A DNA stretch of 64,000 nt. Origin: Candidatus Bathyarchaeia archaeon (GTDB lineage: Archaea; Thermoproteota; Bathyarchaeia; Bathyarchaeales; Bathycorpusculaceae). Within the stretch, counting starts at the first letter, position 1, and every line of letters begins with the position of its first letter. Below, piece after piece: positions 9,508 to 17,861 of the stretch. The stretch lies in the NCBI GenBank assembly GCA_049512935.1, contig JBEKWR010000003.1, positions 64,001 to 128,000 of the forward strand, read 5' to 3'. The notes below the pieces were generated by a model. The model saw only the letters and a program-made list of their open reading frames with translations, made no database searches and had not been told where the DNA came from. A program made the position numbers and the translations under genes.

Positions 9508-9729
9508 ATGACAAAAACGGTTTGCGTTCGAATCTCCGAAGAAGAAAAGCGTCAACTTCAGAAGTATGGCAAGCTCTCAGACGTGTTAAGGGAAGCTGTA
9601 GAGCTTTATCTAAACGCCAAGAAGTCCGACGGGTTACTCCAGAAACTAGCAGATTTGCAAGCAAAGAATCCAATAAAAACCACAATTGAGGAAGAAGTGA
9701 GCTTAATCAGAGAAGATAGAAACCGCTAA
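9508..9729 (+). CDS. ribbon-helix-helix VapB-like antitoxin (no toxin adjacent)
   Basis: TVCVRISEEEK...LSDVLREAVE; C-terminal LIREDR typical of archaeal VapB-like proteins. Confidence 0.7.
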   Translation: MTKTVCVRISEEEKRQLQKYGKLSDVLREAVELYLNAKKSDGLLQKLADLQAKNPIKTTIEEEVSLIREDRNR

Positions 9730-9775
9730 TCTGAAAAGAAAAAGAGCGGATAACCTTGGCGTGTTGAAGCTTTTT

Positions 9776-10705
9776 CTAAAGTCGACGTGGTTTTTGTGGA
9801 GGTTGGCTTCTCGGCGCGTTTGGGTTGGTTTTGGTTTCGGTGTTTAGGAGCTGCTTTAGTCGCCAGACTAATACATCTCTGTCGTTGGGTTGCTGTGTCC
9901 ACAGTTCACGGTATTCTCTGAATTGTTGCCCCGTGATTTTCCCTTTTGACTGCAGTTCGCCCAGCAGCCTCACGAATCCTCTTAGCTCCGTTTGCTCGTT
10001 GGTTTCCACGTTAACCGTTTTTCCCTCGTCTGTTTGGGTTGCGGCTGGTTCTTTATCAGGCGGCGGATAGGTGTTGTAGAGGAAACGAGTGAAATACGTG
10101 ATTTCCCAAGACCTCGTTATTGGCAAGTTGTCCTTGGCTTGTAACAGTTCAGCCGTGTAAAATGCGTATTCCGCTCCAAGTGAGTAGTATTTGGCTCCGC
10201 TGCTCGGGGCATCGGTCGTTCGGTTAACGAAATGCTTTAGGTGTTGGGTGCTAAAGATCGGCACGACGGTTTTGCTTTCGTAGTTGAAGCAAAATATGGT
10301 TTTTTTGGCTAGGTGCTTATCGTTGCCTAAACCGTTTATTTTTTCCCAGGGCGCATCCACTTTCTGAGCTAAAGACTTGTTTTTATCCACAGCGACATGG
10401 AGCAAACTCTTGAAGTCGCCGAGTTGCAGCCTGATATTTCGGTAAACATTAGCGTTCTGGATTGTAAGGTGCCCAATTGGGTTGAGGAAATACACTAAGT
10501 AACGGAAGAATTCGCCTATTTCGTTTGAATCAGGCTTGAAGATTTTGTCAGGGTCCAGCCAATCTATTGACTGCGGGTTTTCGGCGAAGGGGAATTTTAC
10601 TCTAAACTCCTTGAGCGACTCAAGCGCGTTACCGACTTCACGCTTGATTAACCCGTTTTTGTCGTAGGCGTTTGCCCGTTCAAGCATTAAGTTACTTCGA
10701 GACAT
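9776..10705 (-). CDS. hypothetical protein
   Basis: 309-aa ORF with host-like codon pattern; GLG-containing helix-hairpin-like segment. Confidence 0.75.
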   Translation of the reverse strand: MSRSNLMLERANAYDKNGLIKREVGNALESLKEFRVKFPFAENPQSIDWLDPDKIFKPDSNEIGEFFRYLVYFLNPIGHLTIQNANVYRNIRLQLGDFKSLLHVAVDKNKSLAQKVDAPWEKINGLGNDKHLAKKTIFCFNYESKTVVPIFSTQHLKHFVNRTTDAPSSGAKYYSLGAEYAFYTAELLQAKDNLPITRSWEITYFTRFLYNTYPPPDKEPAATQTDEGKTVNVETNEQTELRGFVRLLGELQSKGKITGQQFREYRELWTQQPNDRDVLVWRLKQLLNTETKTNPNAPRSQPPQKPRRL

Positions 10706-10831
10706 TTTTAGCCATACCTTATTGCTAAATGGCTAATAAGAACGTTGCAGCCTCGAAGGCAATATCACTTCTTAGAAGGAGAATAAGACCCGCTGAACCT
10801 GAATGCTTTCTTGCAGTCAAATGGCTTGCTT

Positions 10832-11455
10832 TCAAGTTATGTTGCTTTGTCTCTCCCATATCCGTCGGATAAAGTGCAGAAACAAGGGCACCATCCAGAG
10901 TATGAACCTGAGGGGGATGCTTGTTTCGCTGTTTATCGGTACCGCCCAACTCCAAAAGAACGGTATGACTGAGATAAAAAAGAATGCTGCTCCGACTATC
11001 TGCGAATTTCTCATCGCTGCATAGTGGTGAAGCAGCTCTTCTGGTCTTTTCTTGTCTGATAAAATGGAGTTGGCAAGCAGCGAAAGGATTACAAATAGCC
11101 CTCCGAGGTCTACAGCATAAAGCGTCGAAACGTCCATTGTCGGAATCTTGGAAAAAAGTTCGTTAAACAGGAAGGGTTCAATGGAAACCAAGAATAGGAG
11201 CACAAGGTTGAGTTGAACTTGTATTCGTTTTTCGATGCGTACGTTTGACATGGTGCTGGTGTACGTGTACCAGACGCTTATGAGTATGAAAAAACTAAAC
11301 GCAAAATATCCTATAGACTTGAGCAAGTCCGAAAAGTTGCTTGGAGCATTCCCGATCAAGGTGAGCGCGCCTATGGAGAGGGCTAACCCGAAAATCAAGT
11401 CGGAGAGCGTTTCTATGCGGGATTTCGGAGTTGATCGTTCTTTTTCCTCAGCCAA
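10832..11455 (-). CDS. TMEM175/DUF1211 family potassium channel
   Basis: SRIETLSDLIFGLALSI matches the TM1 RxxxFSDxxF motif; about 6 TM segments. Confidence 0.8.
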   Translation of the reverse strand: MAEEKERSTPKSRIETLSDLIFGLALSIGALTLIGNAPSNFSDLLKSIGYFAFSFFILISVWYTYTSTMSNVRIEKRIQVQLNLVLLFLVSIEPFLFNELFSKIPTMDVSTLYAVDLGGLFVILSLLANSILSDKKRPEELLHHYAAMRNSQIVGAAFFFISVIPFFWSWAVPINSETSIPLRFILWMVPLFLHFIRRIWERQSNIT

Positions 11456-11552
11456 AGCGTTAACCTCACGTTGCAGGTATAATTTGTTTTAAGCAGAATA
11501 TAGCTTTAAGCATTCAAGCGCTAACACAAATGCACAAGTTTTTTAGAAAAAG

Positions 11553-11945
11553 TTAATGAAGCGCCAAACTTAGCGTCAAGACAACGAGGACAAAGAGCGT
11601 TATGAAAACGTACTTACGGTTCTTTTCCAGCGCGAAATAGACGACGGACGTTATTGCTCGGATGTAGGGTGTCAACATCAGGATTATGAGCCCCAGCGTC
11701 ATGAACAGGATGGCGTTTTGTGCCCCGAACAAGTGTTGGGTTTGGTAGATTATGAAGGCGAAAAAGTCTTTTCCGTTGATAAAAACGGTTGGGTTCTGTG
11801 AAATCTGCACGTTGCCGTGGGTTCCGTAGTAGAGGGTTATCCCTATGGCTTCCAGGATGACGCTTACGACGACGCCCACTATCAACAGGTAGCTTATGGC
11901 GGTTTCCAGCTTGTTTTCGCCGCTGCCTACGTCCTGCTGACTCAT
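11553..11945 (-). CDS. DUF1634 family membrane protein
   Basis: LGLIILMLTPYIR motif; usual partner downstream of TSUP. Confidence 0.8.
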   Translation of the reverse strand: MSQQDVGSGENKLETAISYLLIVGVVVSVILEAIGITLYYGTHGNVQISQNPTVFINGKDFFAFIIYQTQHLFGAQNAILFMTLGLIILMLTPYIRAITSVVYFALEKNRKYVFITLFVLVVLTLSLALH

Positions 11946-12769
11946 AGAGCGGTCACTCCTTTGTAGAGCATCTGAATAATCAGCAGGACGACAATCACAA
12001 GGAACAGGATTTTTAGGTTTCTGTCGTGAATCCGATTCAGCATTCTTCCGCCGGCCACGGCGCCGATTGTTACGCCTACTGCCATGGGCGCCATCAACGT
12101 CAGGTTTAGCAGTCCTGAAAAAAGGTAGACGCTTACGCCTGCCAGCGCGGTCATGCCTATGATGAAGTTGCTGGTGGCGGTTGACACTTTTGCGGGTACC
12201 TTGAGGACTTTTTCGTGGACGATGACTTTGAAGGCTCCCGCCCCGATCCCAAGCATCCCCGCCGCTATCCCAGCCACAAACATTCCCAAGCCGCCCAGCA
12301 GCGAATTTGTGCCCTTGTACTTTACCACTTTGTCATGTGCCTGATCATAGTAGCTTCCCTCAAGCCCAAGCCACTTGGAAAGCCCATCCTGCTTTTCAGG
12401 CGGCACATACTTGTTGAAGCTGCTTCTGATGTTGATGAAAGAAGTGAGGAGGAAAGCGGCGAACAAGAAATAGAGGAAAACAGGCGCGATAAGCACGGTT
12501 ATGGTTGCTCCCACTATGGCGCCGATGATGGTGAACATTTCAAGGTACATGGCAAGCTTGATGTTGGCGATTCGTTCCTTCACGTAAGTTGAGGCTGAAC
12601 CGCTCGACGTGGCTATGATAGCCACCATGCCGCATGCCACTGCCTCCTTAACGGGGAAACCCGCGAAAACCAAGATAGGTGTCAGGATGCTGGCGCCGCC
12701 TAGACCCGTCAGCGAGCCGACTAAGCCGACAGCGACGGATATCAACAGCAGAGTAACCATGTCAAGCAA
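11942..12769 (-). CDS. TauE/SafE (TSUP) family transporter
   Basis: GSLTGLGGA and GMLGIGAG repeats, STATSNF. Confidence 0.88.
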   Translation of the reverse strand: MLDMVTLLLISVAVGLVGSLTGLGGASILTPILVFAGFPVKEAVACGMVAIIATSSGSASTYVKERIANIKLAMYLEMFTIIGAIVGATITVLIAPVFLYFLFAAFLLTSFINIRSSFNKYVPPEKQDGLSKWLGLEGSYYDQAHDKVVKYKGTNSLLGGLGMFVAGIAAGMLGIGAGAFKVIVHEKVLKVPAKVSTATSNFIIGMTALAGVSVYLFSGLLNLTLMAPMAVGVTIGAVAGGRMLNRIHDRNLKILFLVIVVLLIIQMLYKGVTAL

Positions 12770-12931
12770 CGTTTCTTCCCGCCTTTAATTCTGAGGATTC
12801 GAGTAATTAAATGCATACAATTCGGGTTGCACAGCCCGCGGCAACAAAATCTTTTGGCGATATTGCAGGGTTATTTTGCTGCTTGAATTCTTGATTCGGC
12901 TATTCTTGACGAAGACCCTTTGTATCGACCG

Positions 12932-13225
12932 TTATTCGATCATTTTAGGCTCTTTTCTGGCTGTTGATAGATTATTCTTATCCCAAAGCTGGTTGCTTAA
13001 ATGCTGAAGGGTGACGGAGTCAATGTCGACATCTTTAAGCAATCCTTCGATACCTTTGATTGGATCCCCTTCAAAAGTTGGGGTCTCCTTCTGGCAGGTG
13101 ACCCAGTTTAGTATGGCTTCTTCTGCAGCCTTGCTTAATGCTCCCTTTCCACAACCGAACTTTTTCAAGGCGGTTTCTCTGAATCTGCGCTCAAGCTTCG
13201 GGTCAATCTGGACTCTAAGCGACAT
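12932..13225 (-). CDS. RHH antitoxin-like protein (no toxin adjacent)
   Basis: LRVQIDPKLERRFR...KGALSKAAEEAI, C-terminal DSVTLQH. Confidence 0.65.
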   Translation of the reverse strand: MSLRVQIDPKLERRFRETALKKFGCGKGALSKAAEEAILNWVTCQKETPTFEGDPIKGIEGLLKDVDIDSVTLQHLSNQLWDKNNLSTARKEPKMIE

Positions 13226-13281
13226 CGCTATATTACCCTGCTATTAAATTGCTGAATTGCCATAAATCTCTTTTTGGCGAA

Positions 13282-14892
13282 TTAAGTTTTGATTTGTTTG
13301 AATTCTTCTCTTGTCTTCATTTGCCGCCGCTTCAGGTTGTAGCCGAGCGAGAAGTCATGCGCTGCGTCACGGATTTTTCTAAGCAGAAGCATCATTCGGC
13401 TGTTCTTGTCGAAGATTCTCGGCGTTGAGTCGTCTGGCAAATAAATCTCTTCGTGCTCCTTCGCTAACCCGATGACGGGTAGGTTTAAGCCGAGGGTTTG
13501 CAGAGCCGTTTTTGCCGCTCCAACTTGTCCAGGTCCGCCGTCGATGAGAACCATGTCGGGCAGCGGGCTTTTTTCTTCAACTAGCCGCTTGTATCTGCGT
13601 GCCACTACCTCGTTGACGGCTGCGAAGTCGTCCTGTCCCGTGAAGGTTTTAATTTTGAATCGGCGGTAGTTTTTCTTGTCTGGCTTCGCGTCGCGGAAGC
13701 TGACCATGCCTGAAACCACGTGCTCCTGCCCCAGGTTTGAAACGTCGAAGCACTCGATTGTACGCGGCAGCGCTGGGAGGTTGAGTTCGTTTTGTAAATC
13801 GACCAGTGCGCTGTCAACTTCCAACGTTGATTCAAGGTTTTTCTCTGCCAGCTGGACCAACGCGAGTTTGTCGGCTTTTCTGGGAATGATCAACGAGACT
13901 GGGGCATACCGTTTTGTCGATAGGAATTCTTCAAGAGCCTTTTTTTCCTGTGGTTCTTGCCAGACGGGCTTGTTCAGGAGGATTTCTCGGGGTATTCGGT
14001 TGCTTGTGTAGTAGGCTTTGAGGAATTCCTGTTCAACCTGTGGCTGAAGGTCGACGGTGAACTGTTTTTTCCCCAGCAAAACGCCTTTGCGAACCCCCAT
14101 TTGTACAGCGAGCATTTTGTCGCCGACCTGCTTGAACGCCAAGATGTCTTGGTCGAACCGCCGCTCGTTATCCACGATCTGGTGTTCCGTTACAAGCCTG
14201 ATGGAAGCCATTTGATTGCGTAGCTCCAGAGCGGTCTCATATTTCTGTTCTTGGGCGGCTTGCTGCATCTGGGCGTCGAGCTGTTTTATCGTTTGCTGGT
14301 AGTTTCCGTTTAGGAAAGACCGTGCCTGCTTGATTTGCTCGGCGTATTGTTCGGCGGTGACTTTTCCTATGCATGGGGCGGTGCAGAGGTGGATGTGGTA
14401 GTTTAGGCAGGCGCGTTTGTGCATGGTTTTGCAGGTGCGCAGCTTGAACACGCGGACGACGAGGCGTTGAAGGTCTTGCCGTATGAAGCCCTCGGTGTAG
14501 GGTCCGAACGATTCGAGTTTGCGTGAGACTTTGCGGCTGGTCATTATCCTCGGGTAAGGCTCCCGTGTAAGCGAGATGTACGCGAAGGTTTTTGCGTCTT
14601 TGAGGTCGATGTTGTACTTGGGCGTGTGCTGCTTAACCAGCTTGTTCTCTAAAAGCAGGGCTTCAACCTCGTTGTTGACGATTATCCAGTCGATGCCTCG
14701 GATTCTGGAAACCAGCTGCCGTGTTTTCGCGGGTTGGTCTTTATTTAAGAAGTAGCTTTTGACGCGGGAACGAAGGCTCTTCGCTTTGCCGATGTAGAGA
14801 ATTTCGCCCTGATCATCTTTGAACAGGTAGACTCCAGGGTTAGTCGGCATGTCGGAGGCTTTGAAATCTGACGGGGATTTTATTTGAATCAT
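13282..14892 (-). CDS. uvrC: excinuclease ABC subunit C (no C-terminal HhH domain)
   Basis: GIY-YIG (PGVY...YIGKAK), Cys cluster, UVR coil, ECFDVS, LIDGG, IRDAAH. Confidence 0.95.
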   Translation of the reverse strand: MIQIKSPSDFKASDMPTNPGVYLFKDDQGEILYIGKAKSLRSRVKSYFLNKDQPAKTRQLVSRIRGIDWIIVNNEVEALLLENKLVKQHTPKYNIDLKDAKTFAYISLTREPYPRIMTSRKVSRKLESFGPYTEGFIRQDLQRLVVRVFKLRTCKTMHKRACLNYHIHLCTAPCIGKVTAEQYAEQIKQARSFLNGNYQQTIKQLDAQMQQAAQEQKYETALELRNQMASIRLVTEHQIVDNERRFDQDILAFKQVGDKMLAVQMGVRKGVLLGKKQFTVDLQPQVEQEFLKAYYTSNRIPREILLNKPVWQEPQEKKALEEFLSTKRYAPVSLIIPRKADKLALVQLAEKNLESTLEVDSALVDLQNELNLPALPRTIECFDVSNLGQEHVVSGMVSFRDAKPDKKNYRRFKIKTFTGQDDFAAVNEVVARRYKRLVEEKSPLPDMVLIDGGPGQVGAAKTALQTLGLNLPVIGLAKEHEEIYLPDDSTPRIFDKNSRMMLLLRKIRDAAHDFSLGYNLKRRQMKTREEFKQIKT

Positions 14893-17786
14893 GCAGGCTG
14901 CTTCACTGCCAACCCTATTTCTTCCCGCGGGCGGTTAAGAATTTTCTGCAAAAACCTTCCAGTGTGGCACCCCTCGACCTGCGCGACTTCTTCAGGGGTT
15001 CCCTGCGCAAGAAGTTCCCCTCCCGCAGCTCCGCCTTCAGGACCCAAATCGATGAGGTAATCGCAGCTTTTTATCACATCGAGGTTGTGTTCGATGATGT
15101 AGACGGTGTTGCCGTTGCCAACCAGCCGATTCAGCACCCTGATGAGGCGCTTCGTATCGTCGAAATGCAGCCCCGTGGTCGGCTCGTCAAGCATGTAAAC
15201 GACGTGTCCCGTCTTGTTTTTGCTAAGTTCACGCGTGATTTTGATGCGTTGGCTTTCTCCGCCTGACAGTGTGGTTGAGCTTTGCCCAAGTTTAATGTAG
15301 CCTAAACCTACGTCTAGAAGTGTGGTCAGTTTGCGTGAGAGTCGTGGCGTGTTCTCGAAGAACTTGGCTGCTTCCTCAACCGTCATATCCAACACTTCAG
15401 CGATGTTCTTGCCTTTGAAGAGGACGCTTAGGGTTTCCTTGTTGTACCGTTTGCCTTTGCAGTCGCTGCATTGCACGTAGACATCGGGCAGAAAGTTCAT
15501 TTCTATGCGTAGGACGCCGTCGCCCTGGCAGGTTTCGCATCTGCCGCCTTTCACGTTGAAGCTGAAGCGTCCCTCTTTGTAGCCGCGGGCTTTCGCCTCT
15601 TTGGTTGACGCGAAGATGCGTCTTATTTCGTCGAAGAGCTTGGTGTAGGTGGCTGGGTTGCTTCTCGGTGTCCTGCCAATTGGGTCTTGGTCGATGACTA
15701 TGACGTTGTGGACCATCGGCGGAATGTCGATTGACTCGTGTTTGCCGACTTTATCGATTTTCTCCCCAAAGATCTGCCGAAGCTTGGGAATCACGGTTAA
15801 ATTCATCAGCGTGCTTTTGCCCGAGCCTGAAACCCCTGTGACTCCGCAGAGCACGCCCAGCGGCAGTTGCAGGTTGAGGCATTTTAGGTTGTTTTCTTCT
15901 GCGCCTTTCACGGTGATGTAGCCGACGGGTTTGCGCCTTGACTCGGGCACATCGATTTTGAGTTCGCCTGACAGGTACTTGCCCGTGAGGCTTCGCTTGT
16001 TAGCCATGATTTCTTCAGGCGGTCCTTCAGCGACGACGTGTCCTCCGTGGACTCCTGCGCCGGGTCCCATGTCAATGATGTAGTCGGCTTTCCGTATGGT
16101 TTCCTCGTCATGCTCGACGACGATTAGCGTGTTGCCCAGGTCGCGCAGCCGATGAAGCGTGCTGATGAGTTTAGCGTTGTCCCGCTGGTGCAAGCCGATG
16201 CTGGGTTCATCAAGAATGTAGAGGACGCCCATGAGATTGCTGCCTATCTGCGTGGCTAAGCGGATTCTCTGCGCTTCGCCGCCGCTAAGTGTCCGCGCCG
16301 CACGGCTAAGCGACAGGTAGCCTAAACCAACGTTCTTCAAGAAACCCAGCCGCTCATTGACTTCCTTGAGCACCTGTTTGGCAATTGCTAGTTCTTTTTC
16401 GGTGAGTTGCGCTGGCAGGTTGTGGAAGAATTCAACCGCCTCTTCAATCGACAGGTCAGTTGCGTCGATTATGCTTTTATCCATAATTTTTACTGCGAGA
16501 ACGACGGGCTGCAGTTTCTTTCCTTTGCAGGCGTTGCAGGGTCGGGATGTCATGAATTTTTCGATGTCTTCTTTTCGCCATTCGCTCTCAGTCTGGCGAT
16601 AGAGCCTTGCCGTCTGCGGGATTATGCCTTCCCAGCCTTCGCGCATCCACATGTTAGCGCCGTTTGACCAGTGACCGTTGAGGGGTTCTCTGTCGCCGTA
16701 AAGGAGCACGTGCAGCTGCTGCTCTGTGAAATCTTTTATCGGTGTGAAAACGTCGAATCCGTGTTTTTTACCGACCGTTGCTATCTGCTGCGCGCGCCAG
16801 CTAAGGTCCATGCTGCCGTAAATCGCTAAAGCGCCATCCATGATGGATAAGTCTTTGTTTGGGATAACTTTGTCTGGGGATATTTCGGTTATTTCGCCTA
16901 AGCCGTGGCAGGTTGGGCAGGCGCCGAAAGGCGAGTTGAAGCTGAACATTCGCGGCTCAAGGCTTTCAAAAACGATTTCGGGGTGATTTGGGCATGCTCC
17001 GAAGGTGCTGTACATCGTTTCATCTTCGAACCGTTCAAGCTCTTTTTTCTCTGTTTGAGCCTTTTCGGCGTCGATGACAATCATTGTTCCCTTGCCCACC
17101 TGAAGAGCCTGCTCCACCGCTTCAGAAATTCGAGAATGCTCCTCATCAACAATTTTTACTGTGTCGATGACGGCTTCAATCCAGTGCTTCTCGTACCGCA
17201 CCAGCTTAACTTCTTCCTTTATGGCGTCGGAATCGTAGATTTTCTGGTCTACCCGTATCTTGGTGTACCCCTGCTTCTTGAGGTCGTCGAAAACCTGCTC
17301 GTGCGTGCCTTTTATACCGCGGATGACTGGGGCAAGGAAAGTCAAGGTTTTCTTTTTTTCAACCATGATAAGGCTGGTGATGTTTTCTGGGCTCTGCGGG
17401 TGAATTGAACTGCCGCAGATGGGGCAGTGATGTGTGCCGATGCGGGCGAAAAGAAGCCTCAGGTAATCGTAGATTTCCGTGACGGTTCCAACGGTTGAAC
17501 GGGGGTTTTTGCTGGTGCTTTTCTGCTCAATTGAGATGGCTGGAGACAATCCTTCGATGGAGTCAACATCGGGTTTATCCATCAAGCCGAGGAACTGCCG
17601 TGCGTAAGCGGATAGGCTCTCAACGTACCTGCGCTGTCCCTCCGCGTAGATGGTGTCGAAGGCAAGAGTGGATTTTCCTGAGCCAGAAAGCCCAGTGATA
17701 ACTATGAACTTGTTTCTGGGCAATTCCACGTCGATGTTTTTGAGGTTATGCTCTCTTGCACCCTTAACTGAGATGCTGTCTCTCAT
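14889..17786 (-). CDS. uvrA: excinuclease ABC subunit A
   Basis: Two Walker A (GLSGSGKS, GVSGSGKS), LSGGEAQRI, Zn fingers. Confidence 0.98.
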   Translation of the reverse strand: MRDSISVKGAREHNLKNIDVELPRNKFIVITGLSGSGKSTLAFDTIYAEGQRRYVESLSAYARQFLGLMDKPDVDSIEGLSPAISIEQKSTSKNPRSTVGTVTEIYDYLRLLFARIGTHHCPICGSSIHPQSPENITSLIMVEKKKTLTFLAPVIRGIKGTHEQVFDDLKKQGYTKIRVDQKIYDSDAIKEEVKLVRYEKHWIEAVIDTVKIVDEEHSRISEAVEQALQVGKGTMIVIDAEKAQTEKKELERFEDETMYSTFGACPNHPEIVFESLEPRMFSFNSPFGACPTCHGLGEITEISPDKVIPNKDLSIMDGALAIYGSMDLSWRAQQIATVGKKHGFDVFTPIKDFTEQQLHVLLYGDREPLNGHWSNGANMWMREGWEGIIPQTARLYRQTESEWRKEDIEKFMTSRPCNACKGKKLQPVVLAVKIMDKSIIDATDLSIEEAVEFFHNLPAQLTEKELAIAKQVLKEVNERLGFLKNVGLGYLSLSRAARTLSGGEAQRIRLATQIGSNLMGVLYILDEPSIGLHQRDNAKLISTLHRLRDLGNTLIVVEHDEETIRKADYIIDMGPGAGVHGGHVVAEGPPEEIMANKRSLTGKYLSGELKIDVPESRRKPVGYITVKGAEENNLKCLNLQLPLGVLCGVTGVSGSGKSTLMNLTVIPKLRQIFGEKIDKVGKHESIDIPPMVHNVIVIDQDPIGRTPRSNPATYTKLFDEIRRIFASTKEAKARGYKEGRFSFNVKGGRCETCQGDGVLRIEMNFLPDVYVQCSDCKGKRYNKETLSVLFKGKNIAEVLDMTVEEAAKFFENTPRLSRKLTTLLDVGLGYIKLGQSSTTLSGGESQRIKITRELSKNKTGHVVYMLDEPTTGLHFDDTKRLIRVLNRLVGNGNTVYIIEHNLDVIKSCDYLIDLGPEGGAAGGELLAQGTPEEVAQVEGCHTGRFLQKILNRPREEIGLAVKQPA

Positions 17787-17861
17787 AACGAAACCAGTTT
17801 CCTTCTCCGCTTCTCGTAAACTTAACCTGTTTAGGCAGGATGGATTAGAACCTTTTTGCTC

